The notes beneath the pieces were generated by a model. The model worked only from the letters and a program-made list of their open reading frames with translations. It did no database searches and had not been told where the DNA came from. DNA of 64,000 nucleotides from Callorhinchus milii (lineage: Eukaryota), in contig NW_024704824.1 of the NCBI RefSeq assembly GCF_018977255.1, positions 124,001-188,000 on the forward strand, written 5' to 3'. The position numbers were made by a program, and so were the translations under genes. Each line of letters begins with the position of its first letter. Position 1 is the stretch's first letter. This document shows positions 13,702 through 24,154 of this stretch, piece by piece.

Positions 13702-13710
13702 TCATTTTAC
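13702..13710 (-). CDS. IGHM: IgM cluster 1 membrane exon TM2 (Val-Lys-stop)
   Basis: tctttacttttattttccag|GTA AAA TGA, in phase 0 with TM1 and about 480 bp downstream of it. Confidence 0.8.
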   Translation of the reverse strand, partial: VK

Positions 13711-14192
13711 CTGGAAAATAAAAGTAAAGATATGATGAATAATTTCAGCCTGGGAGGAGATTTAGTATTTCATATTGTGTTTATTTGTGTATATGAATGT
13801 CCACACATACCCCCCACCACTACAAACACACACAATCCCAATTGATACTGTGTCAGTGGGTATTGGTCTGTCATTGCCTTATACAGGCAGAAGCCCTTCG
13901 CTTTCAAGTCTCCACAATATACTGAAAGATCCACAAGATCAGTAAATGAGCCTCGCTCCTTGCCTGTGGCTATACCAGGTGAGCATATGTCAGGTGTGAT
14001 AGGGTGTGTAATGGTGAGAGGATATGTCCATCACCCTCACACAGCTTGGTCACACGGATCCTGTCCTGTGGGGACAGGGGGAGTTTCCCAGCACAGTGGC
14101 TGCAATGAGCTTCACCATCAGTTCCCGTGGAAGAATTATTTACCGGCAGCTGTTACATCAGATCAGAGTGTCAATGAATTTCCTCTCCCCAC

Positions 14193-14323
14193 CTTAAATA
14201 GAGTGACCGTGGCACTGTAGAAAATACTCAGGAAGAAGAGGATGATGAAGGTGGAAGCAGTCGGCCAGAGGTTGCCACTTCCATGTTGTTGAAAACCTTC
14301 CAGCATCGTCTCGGCTGGGAAAT
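14193..14323 (-). CDS. IGHM: IgM cluster 1 membrane exon TM1
   Basis: cag|(D)[43 protein letters not shown]|gt contains the conserved antigen-receptor TM (CART) motif; 131 nt, phase 1 to phase 0. Confidence 0.93.
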
Positions 14324-15825
14324 CTGTGAGGATAAAAAAAAAGAAATATATTCAGAGGGGATTGAAAACTGAGACTTCTTCTTTTCCTTCTTGATTATTA
14401 ATGTATATAAAGTTTCCCAGTTGATCATGGGCTTCCTCCCTCCCTTCAAAACTTCTAATTTTAAGAGAGATGAAGAAGTAATTGATTTTAGTGTTTGTAC
14501 ATTTGTTCCAAGAATTATTGAATCCAGAGAAGAATTTTGGAAACACGTTGAGAAAATTAATCTTGTGGAACTACAAAAGGTGGAAATCCTCCCATTGAGA
14601 CTCTTCTGGTAGAAAATGGCAAATCTGTTCCAATGCTCCAATTCCACCTTTCTGCTGTTGTTTTCCATTTTCATTCCGTGACTATTGAAATGCTGTTTCA
14701 AATTCCTTTACATTATGGTGTGGTGGTCAACAATCCTATATTCAAAATGTCTGCTGTGTGAAGTTGGCTGCCATGTTTTGCCCACAAAGTACAGTCAATT
14801 CACTTTACAGTATGTTTTGCGAAGCGCTTTGAGTCGTCTCGAAGACATGAGAAGGCGCAACATCAAATGCAAGGATTATTATTATTTACCTCTATATAAA
14901 AATCGACGCTTACTTTATATTTTGCAGTGACTTTCCTGGATGTTTTATCCCGTTTGTATGGATACAATTGTCTTTCACGATATCAGTTTTTCAAAACAAC
15001 TTGTATTTGATACTCTTCCTTTTTGTTTCTGCCAGAATGTTTGAAGCTCATCCTCATCACTGTAACGCCAATCATAGGGATCTTCTTTGTGACACTAACC
15101 TAAACCTTCTCAGCGGCTCTTATTTCCTTTGCATAATAGTGTCCAGAACTGAATACAGTGCTCAACCCACAATCGTGCTAACTTTACATGCAATTGGCAA
15201 TCAAATTCCTATGTGAAAAACACTCAATCATTTGTATGGCCTTTTGATATTCAATCCCTTCGATTTATTCTCCAAGTTTTGTTAATTCCCTTATAATTAT
15301 TTTGCTGTAATTCCTTTAGTGATTGTTTTTCGCCATTATACTTTCAACAAACTGCTGTCTCAATATTGAACTTCATTTCCACCTTTCTGCCAACTCAGCC
15401 GAATGCTCTGTAACTTTATGCCATTCCCCATGTTATTCATGACTGTGTCCTTTACCATATTATGTCATCATCAATATTTTTATCAATGGCACTGTGCCTA
15501 TTTCAAAATAGTTAATATTGCTGTAAAGCAATAGAGGAACCGACACAAACGTCAGGTTACATCAGCTGAAGGGATTGAGGGTTAAGTGTAACGGTTCATC
15601 CCTGAGCTTTATTGATTACCACCTTTGCTGCATGTGGCCACGTGAGTCTGATTGGGGAAGGGATCAGACACTGACACTCACTGTCAAGGTGATGCTTCCT
15701 ATCTTAGAGAACAAAAACATGTATCATATTCTCAAAAAACTGCAGATTCCCCTCAACGAAAATGGTGACATTGAGTTGTATTTGTTACAGCAATGTATAA
15801 AAGGGGAGAAGTGGTGTTCTGGGGG

Positions 15826-16560
15826 GCCTGGGCGGATGTGAGTGTGGGCGTGGGGTTGTCGGGGGCCTGGGTGGATGCGAGTGTGGCGGTGGGGTTGTGG
15901 GGGGCCTGGGTGGATGTGAGTGTGGGGGTGGGGTTGTGGGGGGCTTGGGTGGATGTGAGTGTGGGGTTGTGGGGGGCCTGGGTGGATGTGAGTGTGGGGG
16001 TGGGGTTGTGGGGGGCCTGGGTGGATATGAGTGTGGGGGTGGTGTTGTGGGGGGCCTGGGTGGATGTGAGTGTGGGGGTGGGGTTGTGGGGGGCCTGGGT
16101 GGATGTGAGTGTGGGGGTGGGGTTGTGGGGGCCTGGGTGGATGTGAGTGTGGGGGTGGGGTTGTGGGGGCCTGGGTGGATGTGAGTGTGGTGGTGTGTGG
16201 GGTTGTGGGGGGGGGCCTGGGTGGATGTGAGTGTGGTGTTGGGGTTGTGGGGGGCCTGGGTGGATGTGAGTGTGGTGGTATGTGAGTGTTTGTGAATGTG
16301 TGTGGGTCTGGGTGTGTGTGAGCCTCGGTGGATGTGAGTGTGTGTGAGTTTGTTTGAGTGTTTGACGTCCTGGGTGTGTGTGATTGTGTATGGGCCTGGG
16401 TGGAGGTGTGTGCGAATGTGTGTTGGTCTGGTGAGTGTGTGTAAGTGTGTGTAGCCTTGGGTGGATGTCAGTGTGTGTAAGTGTGTGTAGGCTTGGGTGG
16501 ATGTGAGTGTGTGTAAGTGTGTGTAGGCTTGGGTGTATGTCAGTGTGTGTAAGTGTGCGT
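15826..16560. repeat. G-rich ~39-bp minisatellite grading into (GT)n
   Basis: Unit gggtggatgtgagtgtgggggtggggttgtggggggcct, about 10 copies to ~16270, then degenerate. Confidence 0.9.
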
Positions 16561-17068
16561 GAATGTGAATGGATGTCTTTGTTTTACAATGTACGAGTAT
16601 GGGTGCGTGTGGTGTTAGTGAATATGTTGCTGCACCCAGATCTGTTGCTGTTCGTGAGAAGTATTTACCAGCAAATTTAGCAGAAAAGGCCATAATTTGC
16701 TTCTGAGATGTAGTTATGTGTGGAATGTGATATTATTTACTGAAAAATAAATCATCCTGGAATGAAACAGTTTGAGCTGTCCCACGCAATTCCACAACAT
16801 GCTGTAAACAAAATCCATTCTGAGATTAGATTGTAACCGGTGTTGAGGAATGAATTGGGAATGCCCTAAAAACATTTTTTTTTGGTCAGCCGGGTGTCTA
16901 AAACAAGTGAAACTCCATCCCCATGCTTAAGAGTATCCAAACCAAACTGACTTAACTTGATACTAACATCGCTTCAAACAAAAGGTGTATCATTTCTCAA
17001 TCTGGAAATTGTCTGTGTAATTAATTGGAAATCATCCCCTCCGTAAACTCATAAATACAACAATGATC

Positions 17069-17074
17069 TTTATT
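17069..17074 (-). terminator. Polyadenylation signal for the secretory mu form, cluster 1
   Basis: AATAAA on the minus strand about 90 nt after the Cmu4 stop; same position as in cluster 3. Confidence 0.75.
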
Positions 17075-17160
17075 TGAGTTACTTTTTCATGACTCCAAAC
17101 TGACATTGGAATGGTCGGGAGGCGGGTGCACAAAAAATAAGCAAAATGGTATTGAGAGCC

Positions 17161-17546
17161 TCATTGACAGGCATTCACGGTGTCCATCAGGACAAGGGAA
17201 ATGTTTACAAAACTCGGTTTACCGCTGGATTTATTAACGGCTCTGGTCAGGGTCTTCAGTGGGAAAGTTTCATGTCCGACCACACAGGAGTAGGAATAGC
17301 CTCTGTCCCAATCTCCGGCTGAGATGGATAACATGCTGTACGTGGAGTAATCTGTACTTTCTGCCATCAACTCAGTGTTCTTGTATTTGTTGGCATCAAT
17401 CGATTGGTAATTCACAGTCCACTCCACAAAGATCTCTTTGGGAGCGAATTTCTTCACCAGGCAACTGAGGGTGAAAGACTGCTGAGCAGACAATTCTTCT
17501 GCCGATGGGAGAAGCAGATACACTGAAGGTTGTTTCGTGTACAAAA
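17161..17546 (-). CDS. IGHM: IgM cluster 1 Cmu4 exon with secretory tailpiece (intact ORF)
   Basis: [14 protein letters not shown]...TLSCLVK...EW...YSCVVGHE...KSSG|[19 protein letters not shown]. Internal G|GTAAA donor for TM splicing at 17223/17222; tailpiece with an N-glycosylation site and penultimate Cys. Confidence 0.95.
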
Positions 17547-17898
17547 CTGTGGAAACAATAACATCAAATCAATACACTGATGCCGTCAATCAGAGAAAGC
17601 CTTCAAGCACAAGATACCGCTGAACAAGCTGAGAGTAAAGTGTGTCTCTGCTCAGTCTGTGCGCAGTGGTTTATAATTGTTTATATCTGTTCATTTGTGC
17701 CCATTATCTCCGGGTAACGCAGCACTTGGGAAATGAGGGTAACATCATCAGGACATTGCAGATTCTCTGTGATGGGAGTGTTCACATAACCTGGTGAAGA
17801 AAAGTGACATACCCACACCTACAATGTTGAGTGTTCGACCCTGAGTGATATGGGAGCAACATGTTTGATTGTCCTGTACGTTGTCGAACAACACTGAC

Positions 17899-18201
17899 CT
17901 GGTATGGGGATCTCCACGGGTGGCCATGTGTTGCTTTTATGTGCAACCTTACAATGGATGTTGTCCAGCTGGTATTCAGCGATTGTTAACTGGCTGCTCA
18001 GAGTGTAGAGACCATTCTTGTTGAATACTGGGGGATACGTCTTGACTTGGTCAGTGATGAGTTGTTCATTTGATCTCCAGGTGAAGATGGCGGAATCGGG
18101 GCTGTAGCTGGAGTCCAGACACCCAACAGTCACTGATCCTCCAGAAGAGGATTGTCCACAGTATGGCAGCAGGGCGTAAAGACTGGGAGGAGTAGTTACA
18201 G
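17899..18201 (-). CDS. IGHM: IgM cluster 1 Cmu1 exon (intact ORF)
   Basis: ttccag|(A)VTTPPSLYALLPYCGQ...VGCL...FTW...LSSQL...HCKVAH...IPIP(G)|gtcagt; 303 nt. Confidence 0.93.
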
Positions 18202-18379
18202 CTGGAAACCAAGAGGAAAGTTAGATTTGAGATACTACTCTTCTACATTTTTTTCAGAAACAGATAAACTGAAGCAAAACTGTTACCCAAGTCAAAGTAT
18301 GCATGTATATGTGCGGTGTGTGTGTGCCGGTGTGTATGTATCTTTGTGTGCACGCATGTATTTATGTATGTAGGTATGT

Positions 18380-18668
18380 ATTTATGCACTCGCCTTACAA
18401 GCGAGAAACCTGGGTTTAATTTCCATCAGAGTGAAACCCTGGGGAAGTTTCCTTACTCCACACGCCTGATTCTAATGCCTCAAGAAAAAAAAAAACAATA
18501 AAATTGGCTGCTTCAATTTTGACTGTTTGTGGTAAACTGCTGTGCGCATTTGGCTGCCACGTTTAACCCACAAATATACAGCAATTTACTATACAATATA
18601 CTGTGAAGCGCTTTGAGACGTCTCAAAGATATGAAAAGCACTCTATCAAATGCATTATTATTGTTATG
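18380..18668 (+). mobile_element. tRNA-headed SINE with L2-type tail
   Basis: Orthologous to the copies at 31052-31356 and 58300-58604. Confidence 0.75.
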
Positions 18669-20214
18669 TATCTATGTATGTATATGTGTGTATGTGCATG
18701 TATGAAAGTGTGTGTGTGGTGTGTGTATGTACGTATTGATATGTTAAACCAAGTTGCTATTTAAGGATCCCATGGCAGTATTCAAAAACAGAAGTGAGTC
18801 TCTATCTCTCTCTCGTTGTCCTGGTCAACAACCATCTAAACAAAAATTGGCCAATCTCTCTACGCCTATTTGTGAGACATTGTTGAACTCAACTGGGCTT
18901 CTGCATTTAGCCCATGAAATACAGTCAATTCACTTTACATTATATCTTGTGATGCGCTTTGAGACATCTCACGGACATGATAGGCACCATACCTTGAGCA
19001 ATAATTATTTTGTTATCGTGAATGACTGTGTGCATGCCTGTGTATGTATGCTGGCTGGGTTTTCACAGAAGATATTTAAAGAGAAATATATTCTTAATGT
19101 GTTTGTAATTTTTGTCATTACTTTTATACAAGAGAAACTATTTTTTTGTGTTGGCCCAACTGATCATCCACTTGATGATCTTCAGGAGGGCGGCGTTTCT
19201 CCAGCAGAGCAAAGCTAATGTTAAAGACACCCGGTCATGGTGCAGAACAAAATAACTGTGTAAATGCCATCAGAGTCATGATCCTCTTAGTGTTTGAGAG
19301 GAGATCTGTGCACTGTGAGGAAGTGCGGTCATGTTCATTCAATTGCTGTTAAGATTAATTGAAATCATGTCTGAGCTCTAACTCTCGCTGACTAAACCAT
19401 GACTGGTGTGAGGAGCAGCTGAGGCAACGAGACTGTGAGCAGCACATTAATGCTGATATTAATTAAAATAAAAACCTTCACCATTATTGCTGTAACATCC
19501 GTGCAGATTGAGCTGCTGTGTTTACAATCACATCCCAGCAGTATAAACCCGCTTTACTCTCAGACTCACCCCCTCCCCCAGATTGAGACACTTTAAACTG
19601 CACCCGCGGTCCTTATGTTAAATAAAGGATTGAAATACACATTGTAATCGATCAGATAACCTTCCCATCGCTCATCCAACAACAATCCGGCCCTGATTCC
19701 CAACATAGTTTCAAACACTTTTATACAATTCCTGAAAACTACCAACCTCCAGTCACCGCGATCAGACACTGCACAAAGTCCATCAGTGTAACCTCAGCTG
19801 TACATTCACTAACCACCAAAAATATCACCAACAATGAATAATCCATAAATCAACAGTGGCTGTTGAAAGCGATATCAGGGAAACCCCTTTAACATACATT
19901 AAACTCCGAGATAGCCTGGCAACGCGGAATTCATTACATTAAGTAGTTGTTAAAGTGAATCAAACAAACATATAAAACAATGTCAGCATTGTGAGTGAAT
20001 AACTGTCCTTTAAATGTTTGTGTCTTTGCCAGTTTGCTGTGTTCATGTCAAACACCTTTTCTTGTACCAACAGATTGAAGAATAAATGTTTTATGTCTAT
20101 TAAAATCTGGTAAAATCCTCAGTGGAAGGCGGCATTTTAAACATACCAAATCCCTGCACATTAAGTGGCCACACAAGCGAACAGTGAGAGACATGAGCTG
20201 GTTTGGTGTTGAAG

Positions 20215-20280
20215 GGTTTTTGTATTGACAGTTAATGCTGTGGTTCCAGTATCACAGTGATACACACTATGACACAAACT
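20215..20280 (-). other. IgH D2 segment of cluster 1 with 12/12 RSS
   Basis: Minus strand: agtttgtgt-12-cactgtg[atactggaac]cacagca-12-acaaaaacc; coding 20243-20252. Confidence 0.9.
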
Positions 20281-20586
20281 CCTGCACAGGATAAACTAAC
20301 AAATATTGACTGGAATATCAGACACTGACTGGACCTCGGCTCAGATTCACCATTGAGGCTTCATGTGATGTTTCACTCAGAATAAATCCTTATGTTTATT
20401 AGAGACTTTGGATTAATGTTAAAGCAGCTCCACAGACGTCAGTCTTGTTTAATACCGTCCTGTAATCTAAATCATTCTGAATTCATCTGTTAAATACATT
20501 TATGAGAAGGATCCACTCTCTGTAACATTTATTTGGAGGCTGTGGATGTTTCAGTGATGACAGAGGTGAGCAGCCTCTCTGGCTCG

Positions 20587-20663
20587 GGTTTTTGTATGAG
20601 GAGATGGCTGTGTGCAGCATTGTGACCCCTGTATACACAGTGACACAGTCCCATACAAATACT
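20587..20663 (-). other. IgH D1 segment of cluster 1 with 12/22 RSS
   Basis: Minus strand: agtatttgt-12-cactgtg[tatacaggggt]cacaatg-22-acaaaaacc; coding 20625-20635. Confidence 0.9.
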
Positions 20664-21076
20664 GCCCTCAATGTCTGCTCAATACTGACTGCCATAATTC
20701 ACTGAAATGGCCTATTCCCCTGTGACATGACATCGAGTCTATCTAATACTTTCTTCACAGCTACAGAAACAGAAAACAAATATCTCCAACAGCTCAGATT
20801 GTAACAAGAGGATATCTGTGAACCGTCACATCGCCAGTCTCCTATCGCAGTCCTTCCCGCCTCAAACAGCACAGTGTCACTTACCAACTGAAATCCCAGA
20901 ATATTGCAGCACCAATAAGCAGGTCATTCGCCCCATCAAACCACGACTCACTGTGTAGGTTTAACATGAGAAGAAATCCATTTGAAGCTTTTCCTTTAAT
21001 CTTCGCTCCAGACACAGCATTGACACCATGACTGTCAGGCAGTTTAGGGTGGGAGGGGCTGCCTTTCCTCCCCTTG

Positions 21077-21115
21077 TGTATTTGTAGGAGTTCAGCCCCG
21101 TTTCCTCTCACTGTG
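21077..21115 (-). promoter_or_regulatory. V 3' recombination signal sequence (23-bp spacer), cluster 1
   Basis: cacagtg-23-acaaataca immediately after the YYCA codons. Confidence 0.92.
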
Positions 21116-21558
21116 ACCCTCTTGCACAGTAATAGATGGCGGTGTCGTCCACTTTTGATGATCAAGTCAAAGATGTTATTGGAATTCTCTTTGATGACAG
21201 TGACACGGTCTTCAATCCCAGGCGCAAATGCATTGCTGGATGAGTTGTAATACATGAGGAGCCATTCCCGCCCCTTCCCAGGAACCTGCCGGACCCAGCT
21301 CATGGCATACCTGCTGAGATCAATCCCGCTGGTTTTACAGGTCAGTCTCAGGGGATGGCCAGGTTTCCAGTTTGAGCCGGCGGCTGTGTCAGCACCACAT
21401 CGGCCTGGACACCTGTAAAGAATAAATGAGAGAAGATTAATTACTGTGTGACATTGCAGAGAGAATAACACCGACATAGGAAGAGTGAGACTGTCAGAAT
21501 AATAGCACTCACAGGAGAAGACAACCAGCAGCAGACTGAGAGAAATCAGGGACCTCAT
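21116..21558 (-). pseudogene. IGHV: IgM VH pseudogene (leader 21558-21513, V exon 21412-21116)
   Basis: Leader MRSLISLSLLLVVFS, gt..ag intron, DVVLTQPP...LTCKTSG...WVRQVPGKG...YYCA. A 1-bp deletion at ~21367 gives TGA at 21350-21348, and an 8-bp deletion lies at ~21151 relative to the cluster 3 V. Confidence 0.92.
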
Positions 21559-21650
21559 GTTTCTGGGCACTTGTCAGAACTGAGACTTGAACCGAATATC
21601 CGAGGGCCAAAGAGCTGCCGTACATATGGCCTCAGTCCCCAGTGACCGCT

Positions 21651-21719
21651 ATATAACGGGGCAGTGGGACAGGGGGTGGAGAACCCACCAATAGCTGCAG
21701 GCCTGAGGGGAGTCACGTG
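21651..21719 (-). promoter_or_regulatory. VH promoter, cluster 1 (TATA-like, CCAAT, E-box)
   Basis: ttatata about 95 nt upstream of the ATG, CCAAT at ~21688, CACGTG at 21714-21719; conserved with cluster 3. Confidence 0.6.
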
Positions 21720-22885
21720 TCACATTCCCTCTGACCTGCACAGAGCAATAATTGTACCTTTACATTCAGCCTTTACAGCAAATTAATATTAATATAAGTC
21801 TCAATAGTATTAGCCCTCTCGCTGACGCTCAAGCTTCGCAAATTCCTTTCTTCAACGTATGTGTGTGTGTGTTTGCATTGTGTGTGGAGGAGGCGGTAAA
21901 TGCAAAACAAATCTGCTGGAACATTATTTCAGTTAAAGGGGGGGGGAGATGATGGAAGGAGAAAGTGTTGATTCTTGTAAAAATAAATGAGATATGTTAC
22001 TTTTTAGAAATAATGTTGTGTGACACAGTACATTGTTTAAGACATAACATATGCATTCGACTGCCAGGATAGTGGAAGGTGAACCAGATGGACCTTGGTA
22101 TTCTTTCATCGAGCAATTCTGATTTTCTTATCTTCTTATAATAATTATTATAATATTTCTTGCATTTCACATAATGCCGTACTACATTATTGAAACTCCT
22201 CAAGCACTTTAATGCTTGGTAACTGTATTAAGTGGGCAAAAAATTATATTGTGCCTTAATTAAAATATTATTTCCTGTGGTTTAGCAATGTTCTGGTCTC
22301 CCACCAGATTGTCTGCTGATTTTTGTATTCCAATCTTGAATTCATGTCCCAAATGGGCATCAAGAAATAATAATAATAGTAATAATCCTTGCATTTGATA
22401 TAGGACCTTTTCACATCTTCTACGCGTCTCAAAGGGCTTCATATAATATATGGCTCATGATTTCAAACCATGTATCTTCATGTCTTGGATTATTAAATAT
22501 CAGTTCTTTCCTCTTCCCAACGTCCCAAATAACTGTGTCTATGGCCTCATTAGGCTGTTCATTCCTTATGTTCATACAGTCTCAATGTGAAAACCGCACC
22601 AAGTGTTGGAGAGTATCTGAACAGTGGACAGTTAATATTGTGCAGTGCATCGCTGGTGTAATGTGGCACAGATATACAGCCTAATCACCCAGAGAATAAT
22701 ATGCAGTGCCTCTTACACTCAGCTTGTGATATCACTTCTTATTGGCCGGTTGACTTTGTCAACACATTTTCTGCATCGTTTGTCGTATTCTTACATACAC
22801 AATAATTAAGAGGCGCTGACTTTACTCAGCAAACAATAGAAATGATGGAGAGTTCTCTGTTTTAAATATTTCTATATTGTTTGGG

Positions 22886-23075
22886 GTCGACTCTCTTCCC
22901 CCTCCTCGCTCCCTTCCCTCCCCTCACCCTGACCATTTCCCCCCTCCTCGCTCCCTCCCTTCCCTCCCCCTGACCATTTCCCCCCAATGCTCGGGTCATG
23001 ACACAACTGTGCAGCGCCTTGGGACGTCCTCCTGACGTGAAAGGCGCTTTATAAATGGAATCTTGTTTTTGTTGT
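22886..23075 (+). mobile_element. L2 3'-end fragment with an internal tandem duplication, specific to cluster 1
   Basis: L2 tail ending aaatggaatcttgtttttgttg; absent at the orthologous sites (~34510 and ~50150). Confidence 0.8.
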
Positions 23076-24154
23076 TTTTGTTATTTGCTATTCAAGACTT
23101 CGAATTCACAGGAAATGATTGTTTGTGGATGTGATGGAATAGTTCATGTTGCAGAACAGCTCATGAGCAAAATGCTAAACAAGTTCCTGCTTTTTATATC
23201 TAAAGTCTTCTTGCTTGAAAGACGCTTCACACAGAATGATTCACATCGCCTTCAGGTGGGGCAGAAACTCAGAGCACAACTGTGATTGTGTGCAGTCAGT
23301 AAGTGAGCAGCTTCCTGCTCTCACACCGTGGGGCCCACAGCCGGACTTTTCATACATTATTCCCCTTCACACCAACAGCAACTGTTGGGTCACCTCAAGT
23401 GGCTGTGATTGGTAAATCAGAGATGGCAGAATATAGAGTCATATTAATACATACAACTCGTTCTATTTGGCAGTTTCATATCTGGAGAACATTTCTGAAC
23501 ACTTCGGATACTTCACTTTGAAATGCAGTGAAGTCTCTGTCAAGCAACTTATTTCAAGCACTTTCCTCACTTCCCTTTGCGATTTCCTTCATCCACAGTG
23601 ACCGGCTGCTCCCTTTGCTCAGTGACAATTGCCTGTTTCATATCCCACTGCTCTATCTGCCTCACCATTACCATTAAACTCTTTAGAACTCACAGGCCTT
23701 TCGTGGTTTGTTTTCTACTTCATTGAATAACGAGCTGCACCCGTTGCAGCTTCACTTTCAACCAAAGGATCCAATATGGAATGTGGATTGACCCACAGAC
23801 AGACATTTCATCTTCATCTCTACTCATCTGGGAGGACTCCTGTGGGAGGACACCATTTGGGAGGACTGAGTGGGAGGACTCGGTGCTATAAAAATGTAGT
23901 GTTGTTGCTGTTGATTACCTTTCTCTGTGTCTTTATTTTGTTCGCGCCGTTTGGCTCCGTACTTGATCTGTGGCGCAGAATGCCACAGCGCCACGGTCAG
24001 CCGGGGTGGCCACCAGGTGTAACTGCAGTGTGTTCGGTGGTGCTCTGTGACGCGCGATCCCACGGCGCCACTTTGACTCGGTGGCCACGAGGTGTAACTA
24101 CAGCNAAAAAACACCACCAAACCGTCAATAACCCATTGTAATGTACCGCCTCTT

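Noticed and set aside
15785-16693. Pro/Thr/His-rich 302-aa ORF and Gly/Trp-rich ORFs
   Set aside because: They are translations of the 39-bp minisatellite and GT repeats.
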